A stretch of DNA of 64,000 nt, from contig DATAIU010000077.1 in the NCBI GenBank assembly GCA_036262495.1, positions 1,108-65,107 of the forward strand. Reading direction: 5' to 3'. This DNA is from Allosphingosinicella sp. (lineage in GTDB: Bacteria; Pseudomonadota; Alphaproteobacteria; Sphingomonadales; Sphingomonadaceae). Below, piece after piece: positions 19,104 through 31,229 of this stretch. The position numbers and the translations under genes were made by a program. The first letter of the stretch is position 1, and each line of letters starts with the position of its first letter. Below the pieces are notes generated by a model. The model was not told the DNA's origin and did no database searches. It worked only from the letters and a program-made list of their open reading frames with translations.

Positions 19104-19310
19104 ATGCAGATTCTAGTTCGCGACAACAATGTCGACCAGGCGCTGCGAGCGCTCAAGAAGAAGCTCCAGCGCGAAGGCGTCTACCGCGAGATGAAGCTGC
19201 GCCGCCACTACGAGAAGCCGTCCGAGAAGCGTGCCCGCGAGCGCGCCGCCGCCATCCGCCGCGCCCGCAAGCTCGAGCGCAAGCGCATGGAGCGCGACGG
19301 CGTCCGCTAG
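19104..19310 (+). CDS. rpsU: 30S ribosomal protein S21
   Basis: [46 protein letters not shown] matches S21. Confidence 0.95.
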   Translation: MQILVRDNNVDQALRALKKKLQREGVYREMKLRRHYEKPSEKRARERAAAIRRARKLERKRMERDGVR

Positions 19311-19400
19311 GACGCCGCTGCCGGCCGTGCGCAGCCGGTGCTTGCTTCACTCCCGGGCGGCGATATGTATCGCCGCCCTTTCCCGTTCCAAGGTGAAGCC

Positions 19401-19985
19401 ATGAGCGTGACCGCCGTCCCGATCCGTCCGCTGAAGAAGGGCACGGTTGCGAGGATGTGGATCGCGCTTGCTTTGCTCGCGCTGGCCGCCGCGGCGTTCG
19501 CCTGGTTCGGCACGCGCGGCTTCCAGCCGATGCGGACCGCGAGCGGCGTCGAGGTGCGGCCGCTCCGGCAGGGCAGCGGCGAGACGATCGGCGACAAGGA
19601 CGTCGCCGCGCTCCACTATAAGCTCCACGTCGGCAGCCTCGCCAAGCCGGTGATCCAGGACAGCCGCGAGCAGGGGCAGCCCTTCGTGACGACGACGCAG
19701 GGCATCTATCCTGGCTTCGCCGACGGCCTGAGGCAGATGCGCGAGGGGGGCCGCTACGTCCTCACCCTCCCCCCGGGGACGCACGAGCAGGGGCCGATGC
19801 CACCCGGAGCGCCGTTCACGCCGCAGGACGCTTTGGTGTTCGAGATCGACATCCTCAAGGTCGAGAAGGGCGCCGCCGAGCGCTACATGCAGATGCAGCA
19901 GCTCCAGGCGCTGCAGCAGATGCAGCAGATGCAGCAGCAAGGCGGGGCCGGGAACGAGGCCCTGCCCGAGGCCTCCGGGCGCTAG
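19401..19985 (+). CDS. FKBP-type peptidyl-prolyl cis-trans isomerase, membrane-anchored/secreted
   Basis: ATG at 19401 follows AAGGTGA. An N-terminal hydrophobic anchor (MWIALALLALAAAAFAWF) precedes an FKBP core (VAALHYKLHV...GFADGLRQMREGGRYVLTLPP...ALVFEIDILKV). The tail is Q/M-rich. Confidence 0.78.
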   Translation: MSVTAVPIRPLKKGTVARMWIALALLALAAAAFAWFGTRGFQPMRTASGVEVRPLRQGSGETIGDKDVAALHYKLHVGSLAKPVIQDSREQGQPFVTTTQGIYPGFADGLRQMREGGRYVLTLPPGTHEQGPMPPGAPFTPQDALVFEIDILKVEKGAAERYMQMQQLQALQQMQQMQQQGGAGNEALPEASGR

Positions 19986-21052
19986 GCCTTCGCGTTTCGC
20001 CTGGGGGTGCGGTCCGCCAGCGACTTGCTCTCCAGCCCGACCTTCAGCATCGCAACGATCGGGTCGGCGAGCATCAGGCCCATCAGCCCGAACAGCGCGC
20101 CGAACAGGAGCTGGGCGCTCAGCACCAGCGCCGGCGCAAGGTCGACGGTCCGCCGCGCCACGTACGGCACGATCAGATAGCCGTCGACATTCTGGACGAT
20201 GAAATAGACGGCGATCGCCCAGATGCCCGCCTCGGTGCTGACGCTGAAGCCGGCGAGGACGATCAGGACGCCGGAGACGATCGCGCCGATATTGGGGATG
20301 AAGGCGAGCAGGCCGGTGATGATGCCGAGCAGAGCCGCCATCGGCACTCCGCCGAGCAGCAGGAGCAGCCAGGTCCCCACGCCCTCCACGGCCATACCGA
20401 CGAGGCGGCCGGCCATCAGGCGCCGCAGCGTGAAGCCCATTCGCTCCGCCGTCGTGTAGAAGCGCTCCCGGCTGGACAAAGGCAGCATCCAGGCGATGCC
20501 GCGCTGATAGAGGCGCGGCTCGATCGCGATGAAGATGCCGATGACGAGGATCATGACGATCGAGGTGACGACGCCGAGCGCGCTCGAGACGGCGGAACCC
20601 AGGCGCCCGAGCGTGCCCATGATCTGACCCGACAGCTGATCGATGCCGACGCCGCCCTGGACGATGCCGAGCTCGTTTCCCCAGGCGAGGATACGGTTCG
20701 CCTGGGCGGTGATCGCCATCCTCAGATGCTCGGCCTGCCCGACGAGGGTCTGGCCGGCATAATAGAAGGTCCATATTATGAAGGCGACGGCGATCAAGGT
20801 GACGATCGCCAGCCGGAAGCCGCGGCGGATCTTGAGGACGCGGCCGAGCAGGCGCGTGCCGCCGTCGAGCATCGAGGCGAGCACGACCCCCGCGAAGATG
20901 AGCAGCAGCGGCTGGGCGAGGACGATGACGGCGGCGATGGCGAGGGCGAGGCCGAACCAGACGCTGGCCTTCTTCAGCTCCTGGCGGACGAGCGGGTCGC
21001 GCATTTCGGCGGGGCCGGGCTGCTCGACATGCTGCGCGTCGGCGTCGCTCAT
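19982..21052 (-). CDS. AI-2E family transporter (PerM/UPF0118)
   Basis: ATG at 21052 ([10 protein letters not shown]...). About 8 TM helices and the conserved C-terminal block FIPNIGAIVSGVLIVL...IVQNVDGYLIVPYV. The start overlaps the lepB stop by 4 nt. Confidence 0.82.
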   Translation of the reverse strand: MSDADAQHVEQPGPAEMRDPLVRQELKKASVWFGLALAIAAVIVLAQPLLLIFAGVVLASMLDGGTRLLGRVLKIRRGFRLAIVTLIAVAFIIWTFYYAGQTLVGQAEHLRMAITAQANRILAWGNELGIVQGGVGIDQLSGQIMGTLGRLGSAVSSALGVVTSIVMILVIGIFIAIEPRLYQRGIAWMLPLSSRERFYTTAERMGFTLRRLMAGRLVGMAVEGVGTWLLLLLGGVPMAALLGIITGLLAFIPNIGAIVSGVLIVLAGFSVSTEAGIWAIAVYFIVQNVDGYLIVPYVARRTVDLAPALVLSAQLLFGALFGLMGLMLADPIVAMLKVGLESKSLADRTPRRNAKA

Positions 21053-21933
21053 CTGGCGGGACGTTCCTGCGGGCGCAGCGAGGTGCCCGATCGGCCGCCG
21101 CGCATCGCCGTGAACCAGCTGATCGGATTCCAATATTCGGACGATCCGTCGAGCGAGAAGGTGATGAACTCGGCGCGGCCGCCGATATTCTCCCACGGCA
21201 CCGGCCCGCCTAGTCCCTCGCGAGACGCGGGCACGCGGCTGTCAGCCGATCGGTCGCGATTGTCGCCCATCACCCAGACGTGGCCCGGCGGGATGCGGAC
21301 CCGTGCGAACTCGTCGATCTCCGGGTCGTAGCCATAGTCGATCGTGTCGTAGCTGCGCCCGTTCGGCATGGTCTCGCGGACCACGGGGAGGCGACAGAAC
21401 AGCTTGCCGGCGCTCTGCACCTGGTTCTGGGTCGCGCAGGGAACGTTCGGATCGACGGGAATCATCGCGGGCGGGCGCGGGCGGCGCTTCACTTCCTGAT
21501 CGTTGATATACAGCGTGCCGCCGACCATCTCGACGGTGTCGCCGGGCAGCGCGATGACGCGCTTGATATAATCGGACGTCTTTCCCGGCGGAGTCAGGAT
21601 GACGATGTCGCCGCGGTTCGGCAACCGGCCGAACATCCGCCCGTGCCAGTGCGGCAGGACGTGGAAGCTCGGGCTCACCCACGACCAGCCATAAGGATAT
21701 TTGCTGACCACCAGCCGGTCGCCCTTGAGAAGGATCGGCATCATCGATTCAGAAGGGATGTAGAACGGCTTGGCGACGAAGCTGTGGAAGGCGAGGACGC
21801 CGAGGATCAGCCAGAAGATGGCGCGCAGCTCGCCCCACCAGTCCGTCCCCCGCTTGGCGGCCGGAACGGAGTCGCCGCCGGGCGCCGCGGCGGGCGGGGC
21901 GGCAATATCGGCAGCGGGGTCGCTCGAACTCAC
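21049..21933 (-). CDS. lepB: signal peptidase I
   Basis: Catalytic Ser box PSESMMPIL, then GDRLVV, Lys box [11 protein letters not shown], and [11 protein letters not shown]. Confidence 0.92.
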   Translation of the reverse strand: MSSSDPAADIAAPPAAAPGGDSVPAAKRGTDWWGELRAIFWLILGVLAFHSFVAKPFYIPSESMMPILLKGDRLVVSKYPYGWSWVSPSFHVLPHWHGRMFGRLPNRGDIVILTPPGKTSDYIKRVIALPGDTVEMVGGTLYINDQEVKRRPRPPAMIPVDPNVPCATQNQVQSAGKLFCRLPVVRETMPNGRSYDTIDYGYDPEIDEFARVRIPPGHVWVMGDNRDRSADSRVPASREGLGGPVPWENIGGRAEFITFSLDGSSEYWNPISWFTAMRGGRSGTSLRPQERPAR

Positions 21934-22343
21934 CCTTGGCTCCTCGGCACGGCGGTGATGATGACGAAAGCCTGCGCGAACGGGTGGTCGTCGGTCATCG
22001 TGAGGTGGATGAGCGGGAGGTGGCCCGCCGGAACCATGGCGTCAAGCCTCGCCTTGGCGCCGCCGGTGAGCGCGAGGGTGGGCGCGCCCGAGGGAAGGTT
22101 GACCACGCCGATGTCGCGCATGAAGACGCCGCGCCTGAAACCGGTCCCGACGGCTTTGGCGAAAGCCTCCTTCGCCGCGAAGCGCTTGGCGTAGGTGCCG
22201 GCGCGGGTCATCGGCCGGCGCTCGGCCCTGGCGCGCTCCACGTCGGTGAAGACGCGGCCGACGAACCGGTCGCCGAAGCGCGCCAGCGAATTCTCGATCC
22301 GCTCGATGTTGCAGAGGTCCGAGCCGATGCCGAGGATCATCAA
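21930..22343 (-). CDS. acpS: holo-[acyl-carrier-protein] synthase
   Basis: [14 protein letters not shown]...[10 protein letters not shown]...[15 protein letters not shown]. The gene overlaps the lepB start by 4 nt. Confidence 0.9.
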   Translation of the reverse strand: MMILGIGSDLCNIERIENSLARFGDRFVGRVFTDVERARAERRPMTRAGTYAKRFAAKEAFAKAVGTGFRRGVFMRDIGVVNLPSGAPTLALTGGAKARLDAMVPAGHLPLIHLTMTDDHPFAQAFVIITAVPRSQG

Positions 22344-22362
22344 GGCAAGACCCTCATCCCGG

Positions 22363-22434
22363 CCTTCTCCCGCAAGCGGGAGAAGGGGCAGACGGACTGT
22401 TGCCTTCTTCCCCTCTCCCGCTCGCGGGAGAGGG
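22363..22434. repeat. pair of REP-like GC-rich hairpins (CCYTCTCCCG-N4-CGGGAGARGG) between pdxJ and acpS
   Basis: Hairpin 1 is at 22363-22386 (CCTTCTCCCG caag CGGGAGAAGG). Hairpin 2 is at 22411-22434 (CCCTCTCCCG ctcg CGGGAGAGGG). Both have 10-bp perfect stems, share the same orientation and lie inside an operon. Confidence 0.75.
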
Positions 22435-22454
22435 TAGGGTGAGGGTCTTCTTTC

Positions 22455-23186
22455 TCATCCCCGCGCCTCGTCCATCAGCGCGCGCATGCGGCGGACCGTC
22501 GGCCCGAGCCCGGCGAGGATCGCCTCGCCGACCAGGAAATGGCCGATGTTGAGCTCGCGGAGCTGCGGGATGGCGGCGACCGGCTGGACGTTGGCGAAAG
22601 TGAGGCCGTGGCCGGCATGCGGCTCGATGCCGTTCCTGGCGGCGAGAGCGGCCGCGTCGGCGATGCGGCGCAGCTCCGCGGCGCGCCCTTCGCCGTCGAG
22701 ATGGGCGTAGCGGCCGGTGTGAAACTCGACGACCGGCGCGCCGAGGCGGATCGCGGCGTCGACCTGGCGCGGGTCCGGTTCGATGAAGAGGCTCACGCGG
22801 ATGTTCGCCTCGCGCAGCCGGGCGACGAACGGGCGGAGGTGATTGTCCTGGCCCGCGGCGTCCAGGCCGCCCTCGGTGGTCCGCTCCTCGCGCTTTTCCG
22901 GCACGATGCAGGCGGCGTGGGGACGATGGCGGAGCGCGATCTCGAGCATCTCGTCGGTCGCCGCCATTTCCAGGTTCAGAGGGATGGTGAGCCGCGCGAT
23001 CAACGCGCTGATGTCCTCGTCGCGGATGTGGCGGCGGTCTTCGCGCAGGTGGGCGGTGATTCCGTCGGCGCCGGCCTCGGCGGCGGCCAGGCCGGCCTCG
23101 ACCGGGTCGGGATGATCGCCGCCGCGCGCGTTCCGGATCGTCGCGACATGATCGATATTGACGCCGAGGCGAAGGTCGCCGGTCAC
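22455..23186 (-). CDS. pdxJ: pyridoxine 5'-phosphate synthase
   Basis: The GTG at 23186 overlaps the pyrE stop (GTGA). [21 protein letters not shown]...[13 protein letters not shown]...LNLEMA...PEKREE.TTEGGLD...HAGHGL. Confidence 0.9.
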   Translation of the reverse strand: MTGDLRLGVNIDHVATIRNARGGDHPDPVEAGLAAAEAGADGITAHLREDRRHIRDEDISALIARLTIPLNLEMAATDEMLEIALRHRPHAACIVPEKREERTTEGGLDAAGQDNHLRPFVARLREANIRVSLFIEPDPRQVDAAIRLGAPVVEFHTGRYAHLDGEGRAAELRRIADAAALAARNGIEPHAGHGLTFANVQPVAAIPQLRELNIGHFLVGEAILAGLGPTVRRMRALMDEARG

Positions 23187-23767
23187 GGGGACTTCCGGCT
23201 TCCCGGCTTCTCGGCGGGGAGAGCGGCGAGCTCGGGCGGCAGCTCGTCCTGGCGATAGACCGGCACATTGAGCCGGATCAGCGGGAAGAAAGGGACGCCG
23301 AGATCGGCGGCGCCGTTCGAGCGGTCGACCAGCGCGGCGGCGGCGATCACCTCGCCGCCCGCGGCCTCGACGGCGGCGATGGCCTCGCGGGAGCTGAGGC
23401 CGGTGGTCACCACGTCCTCCATCAGGAGGACGGGCTGCCCCGGCTTCAGCCGGAAGCCCCGGCGCAGCTCGAACGTGTCCGCAGGCCGCTCGACGAACAG
23501 GGCTTCGACGCCGAGGGCGCGCGCGACCTCGTGGCCGGCGATGACGCCGCCCATCGCGGGGGAGACGACGATTCCGATCCGGCTCCGGATCTCGCGGGGC
23601 ATCGAGGCGACCAGCGCCGAGGCGAGGCGGGAAGCGCGGACCGGGTCCATCAGCACCCTCGCGCACTGGAGATAGCGCGGGCTGTGCAGGCCCGAGGACA
23701 GGACGAAATGCCCTTCGAGCAGCGCGTCGGCGGCGCGGAATTCGGCGAGTATGTCCTCTTCGTTCAT
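23183..23767 (-). CDS. pyrE: orotate phosphoribosyltransferase
   Basis: [17 protein letters not shown] and the PRPP-binding motif [13 protein letters not shown]. Confidence 0.9.
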   Translation of the reverse strand: MNEEDILAEFRAADALLEGHFVLSSGLHSPRYLQCARVLMDPVRASRLASALVASMPREIRSRIGIVVSPAMGGVIAGHEVARALGVEALFVERPADTFELRRGFRLKPGQPVLLMEDVVTTGLSSREAIAAVEAAGGEVIAAAALVDRSNGAADLGVPFFPLIRLNVPVYRQDELPPELAALPAEKPGSRKSP

Positions 23768-23937
23768 GGGCCCCTTCCCGACCGGTTCGGCGGCCGCGGC
23801 TGATAGGCCCCGAATCGGGCCGCTTCAAGGCGATCCAAGAGCCTTGAGGCGGCCCACCCTCCTGCCTATAAGGCCGCCCAATCCGCCGCTCGACCCCGAA
23901 TCCGCCACGCTCCGTCCGGAGGTCCCGAAAGGGTAAG

Positions 23938-26773
<2,836 letters not shown>

Positions 26774-26783
26774 CGCCAAAGGC

Positions 26784-26863
26784 GTCACCCCGGCGAAGGA
26801 CGGGGTCCCAGTGGGAAGTGCCGTGACTTCTCGCCCTGGGGCCCCAGCCTTCGCTGGGGCGAC
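26784..26863. repeat. inverted pair of REP/MITE-like elements (GTCRCCCC-GCGAAGG-GGGG-CCCAG) between ctaD and ctaB
   Basis: Copy 1 is 26784-26811 (GTCACCCCGGCGAAGGACGGGGTCCCAG). Copy 2 is 26836-26863, whose reverse complement is GTCGCCCCAGCGAAGGCTGGGGCCCCAG. Each copy is itself a hairpin, and together they form a larger palindrome. Confidence 0.75.
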
Positions 26864-26875
26864 GGGACAGCCTAT

Positions 26876-27787
26876 ATGACCACAGTGACCGCCAACGCCG
26901 ATACAGCCCTTCCCGCCGACTGGCGGGACCTGCTGGCGCTGACCAAGCCGCGGGTGATGAGCCTCGTCGTCTTCACCGGCCTGTGCGGCCTGCTCGCCGC
27001 GCCCGTCCCGGTCCATCCGGTCCTCGGCTTTGCCGCGATCCTGTGCATCGCGCTGGGCGCGGGCGCCGCCGCCGCGCTCAACATGTGGTACGAGGCGGAT
27101 CTCGACGCAAAGATGAAGCGGACGGCCGGGCGCCCGCTGCCGTCCGGTCGGCTCGATCCCCAGACCGCGCTCCATTTCGGCGTCGGCCTCTCCGTCTTCT
27201 CGGTGCTGCTGATGGGGCTGGCGAGCAACTGGCTGGCCGCCTCGATCCTCGCCGTCTCGATCCTCTTCTACGTCTTCGTCTACACGATCTGGCTGAAGCG
27301 GCGGACGCCCCAGAACATTGTCGTCGGCGGGGCCGCCGGCGCCTTCCCGCCCGTGATCGGCTGGGCCGCGGCGACCGGCGACGTGACCTTGCTCCCGGTC
27401 CTGCTCTTCACCCTGATCTTCCTCTGGACCCCGCCCCATTTCTGGGCGCTCTCGCTCTTCGTCCGCTCCGATTATGCCGCCGCAGGAGTGCCGATGCTCC
27501 CCGTCGTTTCCGGGCCGAAGGTCACGCGCCAGCATATCGCCCTCTATGCCGTGCCGATGGCGGCGGCGGCGGTGGCGCCCTGGCCGCTCGGCCTGACGGG
27601 CCCCGTCTACGGCCTGGCGGCGGGGACGCTCAGCGCCGTCTTCCTCGGCCTCGCGCTTCGCGTGCTCGCTAACCACGCGACCGAGGCCGCCGACATGAAA
27701 CCGGAGAAGCGGCTCTTCGCTTATTCGATCCTCTATCTCTTTGCCCTGTTCGGCGCTCTCGTCGTCGACCGCTGGCTGCTGGCATGA
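26876..27787 (+). CDS. ctaB: heme o synthase (protoheme IX farnesyltransferase)
   Basis: UbiA-family motifs [24 protein letters not shown] and 8-9 TM helices, located in the cox cluster. Confidence 0.9.
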   Translation: MTTVTANADTALPADWRDLLALTKPRVMSLVVFTGLCGLLAAPVPVHPVLGFAAILCIALGAGAAAALNMWYEADLDAKMKRTAGRPLPSGRLDPQTALHFGVGLSVFSVLLMGLASNWLAASILAVSILFYVFVYTIWLKRRTPQNIVVGGAAGAFPPVIGWAAATGDVTLLPVLLFTLIFLWTPPHFWALSLFVRSDYAAAGVPMLPVVSGPKVTRQHIALYAVPMAAAAVAPWPLGLTGPVYGLAAGTLSAVFLGLALRVLANHATEAADMKPEKRLFAYSILYLFALFGALVVDRWLLA

Positions 27788-27924
27788 CAAGGCCGAGCGA
27801 GCCTCCCGAGGACGAGATCCGCCGCCGCCAGAAGGCGCGTGCGCTGATCATGGCTCTCCTCCTCGGCGGCTTCGTGATCCTGATCTACGCCATCACGATC
27901 GCCAAGCTGACGGTGAACCGGTGA
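27784..27924 (+). CDS. small single-TM membrane protein in the cox operon (46 aa)
   Basis: Absent from the ORF track. The ATG overlaps the ctaB stop (ATGA) and its TGA overlaps the ctaG GTG start (GTGA). Translation [46 protein letters not shown] has one clear TM helix and high GC3. Confidence 0.55.
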   Translation: MTRPSEPPEDEIRRRQKARALIMALLLGGFVILIYAITIAKLTVNR

Positions 27925-28469
27925 CGAGCGTCGCGCGGCGCAACGGCCGGACGGCGGCGCTCGCCGGCCTGCTCGCGCTCACCATGGTGGCGCTCGCCTT
28001 TGCCAGCGTGCCGCTCTACCGCCTTTTCTGCCAGGTGACCGGCTTCGACGGCACGACGCAGCGCGCCGCCGCCGCGCCCGGTCCGATCGCGGGCAAGGAG
28101 GTCTCGGTCCGCTTCGACGCGAACGTGGCGACGAGCCTGCCCTGGAAGTTCGGGCCCGAGAAGACGCGCGAGATCGTCACGATCGGCGAGCGCGAGATGG
28201 CCTTCTACACGGCGAAGAACCTCTCGGCCCGCGCCGTAACGGGCAGCGCGACGTTCAACGTCACCCCGACCCAGGCCGGAAAGTATTTCAGCAAGATCCA
28301 GTGCTTCTGCTTCACCGAGCAGCGGCTCGAGCCGGGCCAGGAAGTGCGCATGCCGGTGGTCTTCTTCGTCGACCCCAAGATACTCCAGGATCCGGACGCT
28401 CGGCAGATCAGCGAGATCACCTTGAGCTACACCTTTTACCCGGTGGATTCGGCGAAACAGGGAAGCTAG
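27921..28469 (+). CDS. ctaG: cytochrome c oxidase assembly protein CtaG/Cox11
   Basis: GTG at 27921. PLYRLFCQVTGFDGT, KIQCFCFTEQ.L.PGQ and LSYTF are Cox11 signatures. Confidence 0.9.
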   Translation: MTSVARRNGRTAALAGLLALTMVALAFASVPLYRLFCQVTGFDGTTQRAAAAPGPIAGKEVSVRFDANVATSLPWKFGPEKTREIVTIGEREMAFYTAKNLSARAVTGSATFNVTPTQAGKYFSKIQCFCFTEQRLEPGQEVRMPVVFFVDPKILQDPDARQISEITLSYTFYPVDSAKQGS

Positions 28470-28498
28470 AGACCCGTCGGCAAGACAGAGGACGACAC

Positions 28499-29317
28499 AT
28501 GGCCAGTGCCAAGAACCATCCCTATCACATCCTTCCCCCCAGCATCTGGCCGCTGGTCGGGGCCTTCTCGGCGCTTTTCCTGTTCGGCGGTCTCGTCATG
28601 TGGATGCACAGCGTCAACGGCGGCGGCTATGTGATGGGCGCGGGCCTGCTCGGCGTTCTGTTCACGATGTTCAGCTGGTGGGTCGACGTCGTCCGCGAGG
28701 CGCATTCCGGCGACCATACGCCGATCGTCCAGCTCCACCTGCGTTACGGCATGATCCTCTTCATCGCGTCGGAGGTGATGTTCTTCCTCGCCTGGTTCTG
28801 GGCCTTTTTCGACGCGGCGCTCTTTCCCTCCACGGCAGAATCGATCGGCGGCACCTGGCCGCCCAAGGGCATGGAGGTGCTGAACCCGTTCGGCTTCCCG
28901 CTGCTCAACACGCTCATCCTGCTCTGCTCGGGGACGACGGTGACCTGGGCCCACCATTCGCTGATCCACGGCGACCGCCGCGGCCTGATCAACGGCCTGT
29001 GGCTGACGATCCTGCTCGGCCTCACCTTCACCAGCATCCAGGCCTATGAATATGCCAATGCGCCGTTCGGCTTTAAGGACAATATCTACAGCTCGACCTT
29101 CTTCATGGCGACCGGCTTCCACGGCTTCCACGTCATCATCGGCACGATCTTCCTGATCGTCTGCCTGATCCGTTCGTACAAAGGCCATTTCACGCCGCGC
29201 CAGCATTTCGGCTTCGAGGCGGCGGCCTGGTACTGGCATTTCGTCGACGTGGTGTGGCTGTTCCTCTTCATCTGCATCTACGTCTGGGGCGGCTGGGGCG
29301 CCGAATATCACGGCTGA
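28499..29317 (+). CDS. ctaE: cytochrome c oxidase subunit III
   Basis: ATG at 28499. HPYHILPPSIWP, FIASEVMFF..WFWAFF, GFHGFHVIIGT and AAAWYWHFVDVVWLFLF. Confidence 0.9.
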   Translation: MASAKNHPYHILPPSIWPLVGAFSALFLFGGLVMWMHSVNGGGYVMGAGLLGVLFTMFSWWVDVVREAHSGDHTPIVQLHLRYGMILFIASEVMFFLAWFWAFFDAALFPSTAESIGGTWPPKGMEVLNPFGFPLLNTLILLCSGTTVTWAHHSLIHGDRRGLINGLWLTILLGLTFTSIQAYEYANAPFGFKDNIYSSTFFMATGFHGFHVIIGTIFLIVCLIRSYKGHFTPRQHFGFEAAAWYWHFVDVVWLFLFICIYVWGGWGAEYHG

Positions 29318-29350
29318 GCCCCGTCTCCTGGGCGGCCGCGCGAGGGCCTG

Positions 29351-29986
29351 ATGCGCTTGCCGCTCATCCCGTCCGTGCTGGTCGCCGCCGCGGTGGCGAC
29401 GATGATCGCGCTCGGCGTGTGGCAGCTTGGCCGGGCGCGTGAGAAGGACGCGCTCCAGCAGCGCTATGAGCAGAATTCCAGGCTGCCGCCCATGGCGCTG
29501 GCGCAGCCGCGGGCCGCCGCCGACGAGACCATGCTTTTCCGCCGCGCCAGCGCCTTCTGCCTCGAAGTGACGCGCTGGCGGAAGACCGGCGGCAAATCCG
29601 CGTCGGGGAAGGGCGGGACGCGCTTCATCGCAGAGTGCCGGACCGGCGCCGAGGGCCCCGGTTTCGCCGCCGACATGGGCGTCTCGGCCGATCCCAAGAC
29701 GCAGCTCCGCTGGGCCGGCGGCGAGGTGGCGGGGATCGTGGTCGGCGAGCCGCCCGAAGCCGGCATCTTCGACCGGCTAACAGGCAAGGCGCCGCCGCCG
29801 CGGCCGATGATCGTCGCCGCGCGAGCCGCGCCCGGTCTCGAGGCTAGCTCACCGCCCGAGGCCGACGTCCCGAACAACAGCCTCTTCTACGCCTTCCAGT
29901 GGTTCTTCTTCGCGCTGGCGGCCGCCGTGATCTACGTCCTGGCGCTCCGTCGGCGCTCGGCCGGGCGATTGCCGCCCGAGGCCTGA
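29351..29986 (+). CDS. SURF1 family cytochrome oxidase biogenesis protein
   Basis: N-terminal TM plus LGVWQLGRAREKDAL, and a C-terminal TM with YAFQWFFFALAAAVIYV. It occupies the conserved position after cox subunit III. Confidence 0.82.
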   Translation: MRLPLIPSVLVAAAVATMIALGVWQLGRAREKDALQQRYEQNSRLPPMALAQPRAAADETMLFRRASAFCLEVTRWRKTGGKSASGKGGTRFIAECRTGAEGPGFAADMGVSADPKTQLRWAGGEVAGIVVGEPPEAGIFDRLTGKAPPPRPMIVAARAAPGLEASSPPEADVPNNSLFYAFQWFFFALAAAVIYVLALRRRSAGRLPPEA

Positions 29987-30005
29987 GGCCCTACTTCCGC
30001 TCCCG

Positions 30006-31229
30006 ATGCAGCTCACCATCCTCCCCAGCGGCCTCAAGGTCGCCAGCCGCGCGATGCCGGGCCTCGAGACCGCCGCCGTCGGCCTCTATGCGGAGGCGGG
30101 CTCGCGCCACGAGCCGCAGCGCGTCAACGGCATCGCCCATCTGTTCGAACATATGGTCTTCAAGGGGGCGGGAGGCCGCTCGGCGCGCGAGATCAGCGAA
30201 GCGATCGAGGACGTCGGCGGAGACCTCAATGCCTGCACGGACCGCGACGGAACGAACTTTACCGCCTCGATCCTCGCCGAGCATCTGCCGCTCGGCGTGG
30301 AGCTGATCGCCGACCTCATCCTCCGTCCCCATCTCGACGCCGGCGACCTCGATCGTGAGAAGGGCGTGGTGCTGCAGGAGCTCGGCGAGGCGCGCGACAC
30401 CCCGTCCGACATCATCTTCGACGATCTCTGGTCCGCAGCCTTCGCCGACCAGCCGCTGGGGCGGCCGGTTCTCGGGGAGGAGAGGACGATCGAGGCCATC
30501 AAGGGCGCCGACCTCCGGGCCTGGCGCGAGGAGCGGTTCCGGGCGGGCAGTCTCGTCCTCGTCGCCGCCGGCAAGGTCGATCACAATCGCCTCGTCGAGC
30601 TCGCAGAGCGTCACTTCGAGGACGTGCCCGAAGGCGGCCTCGAGCCTGGCGTGGAAGGCCGGTTCACAGGCGGCACCCGGGTGGGCCGCGGTGCTGCCGA
30701 CCAGGCGCATCTCGCTTTGGGGTTCCCTGCTCCGGCCCAGCTCGACCCGGATTATTACGCCGCTCGCCTGTTCTGCGACCTGGTCGGCGGCGGCATGTCG
30801 TCGCGCCTCTTCCAGCAGGTGCGCGAGGATAGGGGTCTCGCTTATTCGGTCTATTCGCAGCTCCAGCCTTATTCCGACGCGGGCCTCTTTTACGTCTATG
30901 CGGCGACGGCGCGCGCGAAGTCGGCCGCCGCGGCGCAGCTGATCGAGGAGATCGTCGGCGGAGCGGTGGACGAGGCAACGCAGCGCGAGGTGGACCGGGT
31001 GCGGACGCAGGCGCGCGCCGCTCTGCTGATGTCGCTCGAAAGTCCATGGGGACAGTCGCATTACGTGGCCCGCCAGCTCGCCGTCCACGGCCGCCTGGTC
31101 GAGCCGGCCGAGGTGGTCGCCGAGCTCGAGGCGGTGACGCTCGAGCAGGTCCGCGCGGCCGGGGCGAAAATGCTCTCCGGGCCGCGGGCGCGGGCGACGA
31201 TCGGCTTCCCGGCCGTCCGGGCGGCGTGA
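30006..31229 (+). CDS. M16 family (pitrilysin/insulinase-like) zinc peptidase
   Basis: Inverted zinc motif HLFEHMVFKG with the downstream Glu region (EKGVVLQELGE). The 406-aa length is typical. Confidence 0.85.
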   Translation: MQLTILPSGLKVASRAMPGLETAAVGLYAEAGSRHEPQRVNGIAHLFEHMVFKGAGGRSAREISEAIEDVGGDLNACTDRDGTNFTASILAEHLPLGVELIADLILRPHLDAGDLDREKGVVLQELGEARDTPSDIIFDDLWSAAFADQPLGRPVLGEERTIEAIKGADLRAWREERFRAGSLVLVAAGKVDHNRLVELAERHFEDVPEGGLEPGVEGRFTGGTRVGRGAADQAHLALGFPAPAQLDPDYYAARLFCDLVGGGMSSRLFQQVREDRGLAYSVYSQLQPYSDAGLFYVYAATARAKSAAAAQLIEEIVGGAVDEATQREVDRVRTQARAALLMSLESPWGQSHYVARQLAVHGRLVEPAEVVAELEAVTLEQVRAAGAKMLSGPRARATIGFPAVRAA

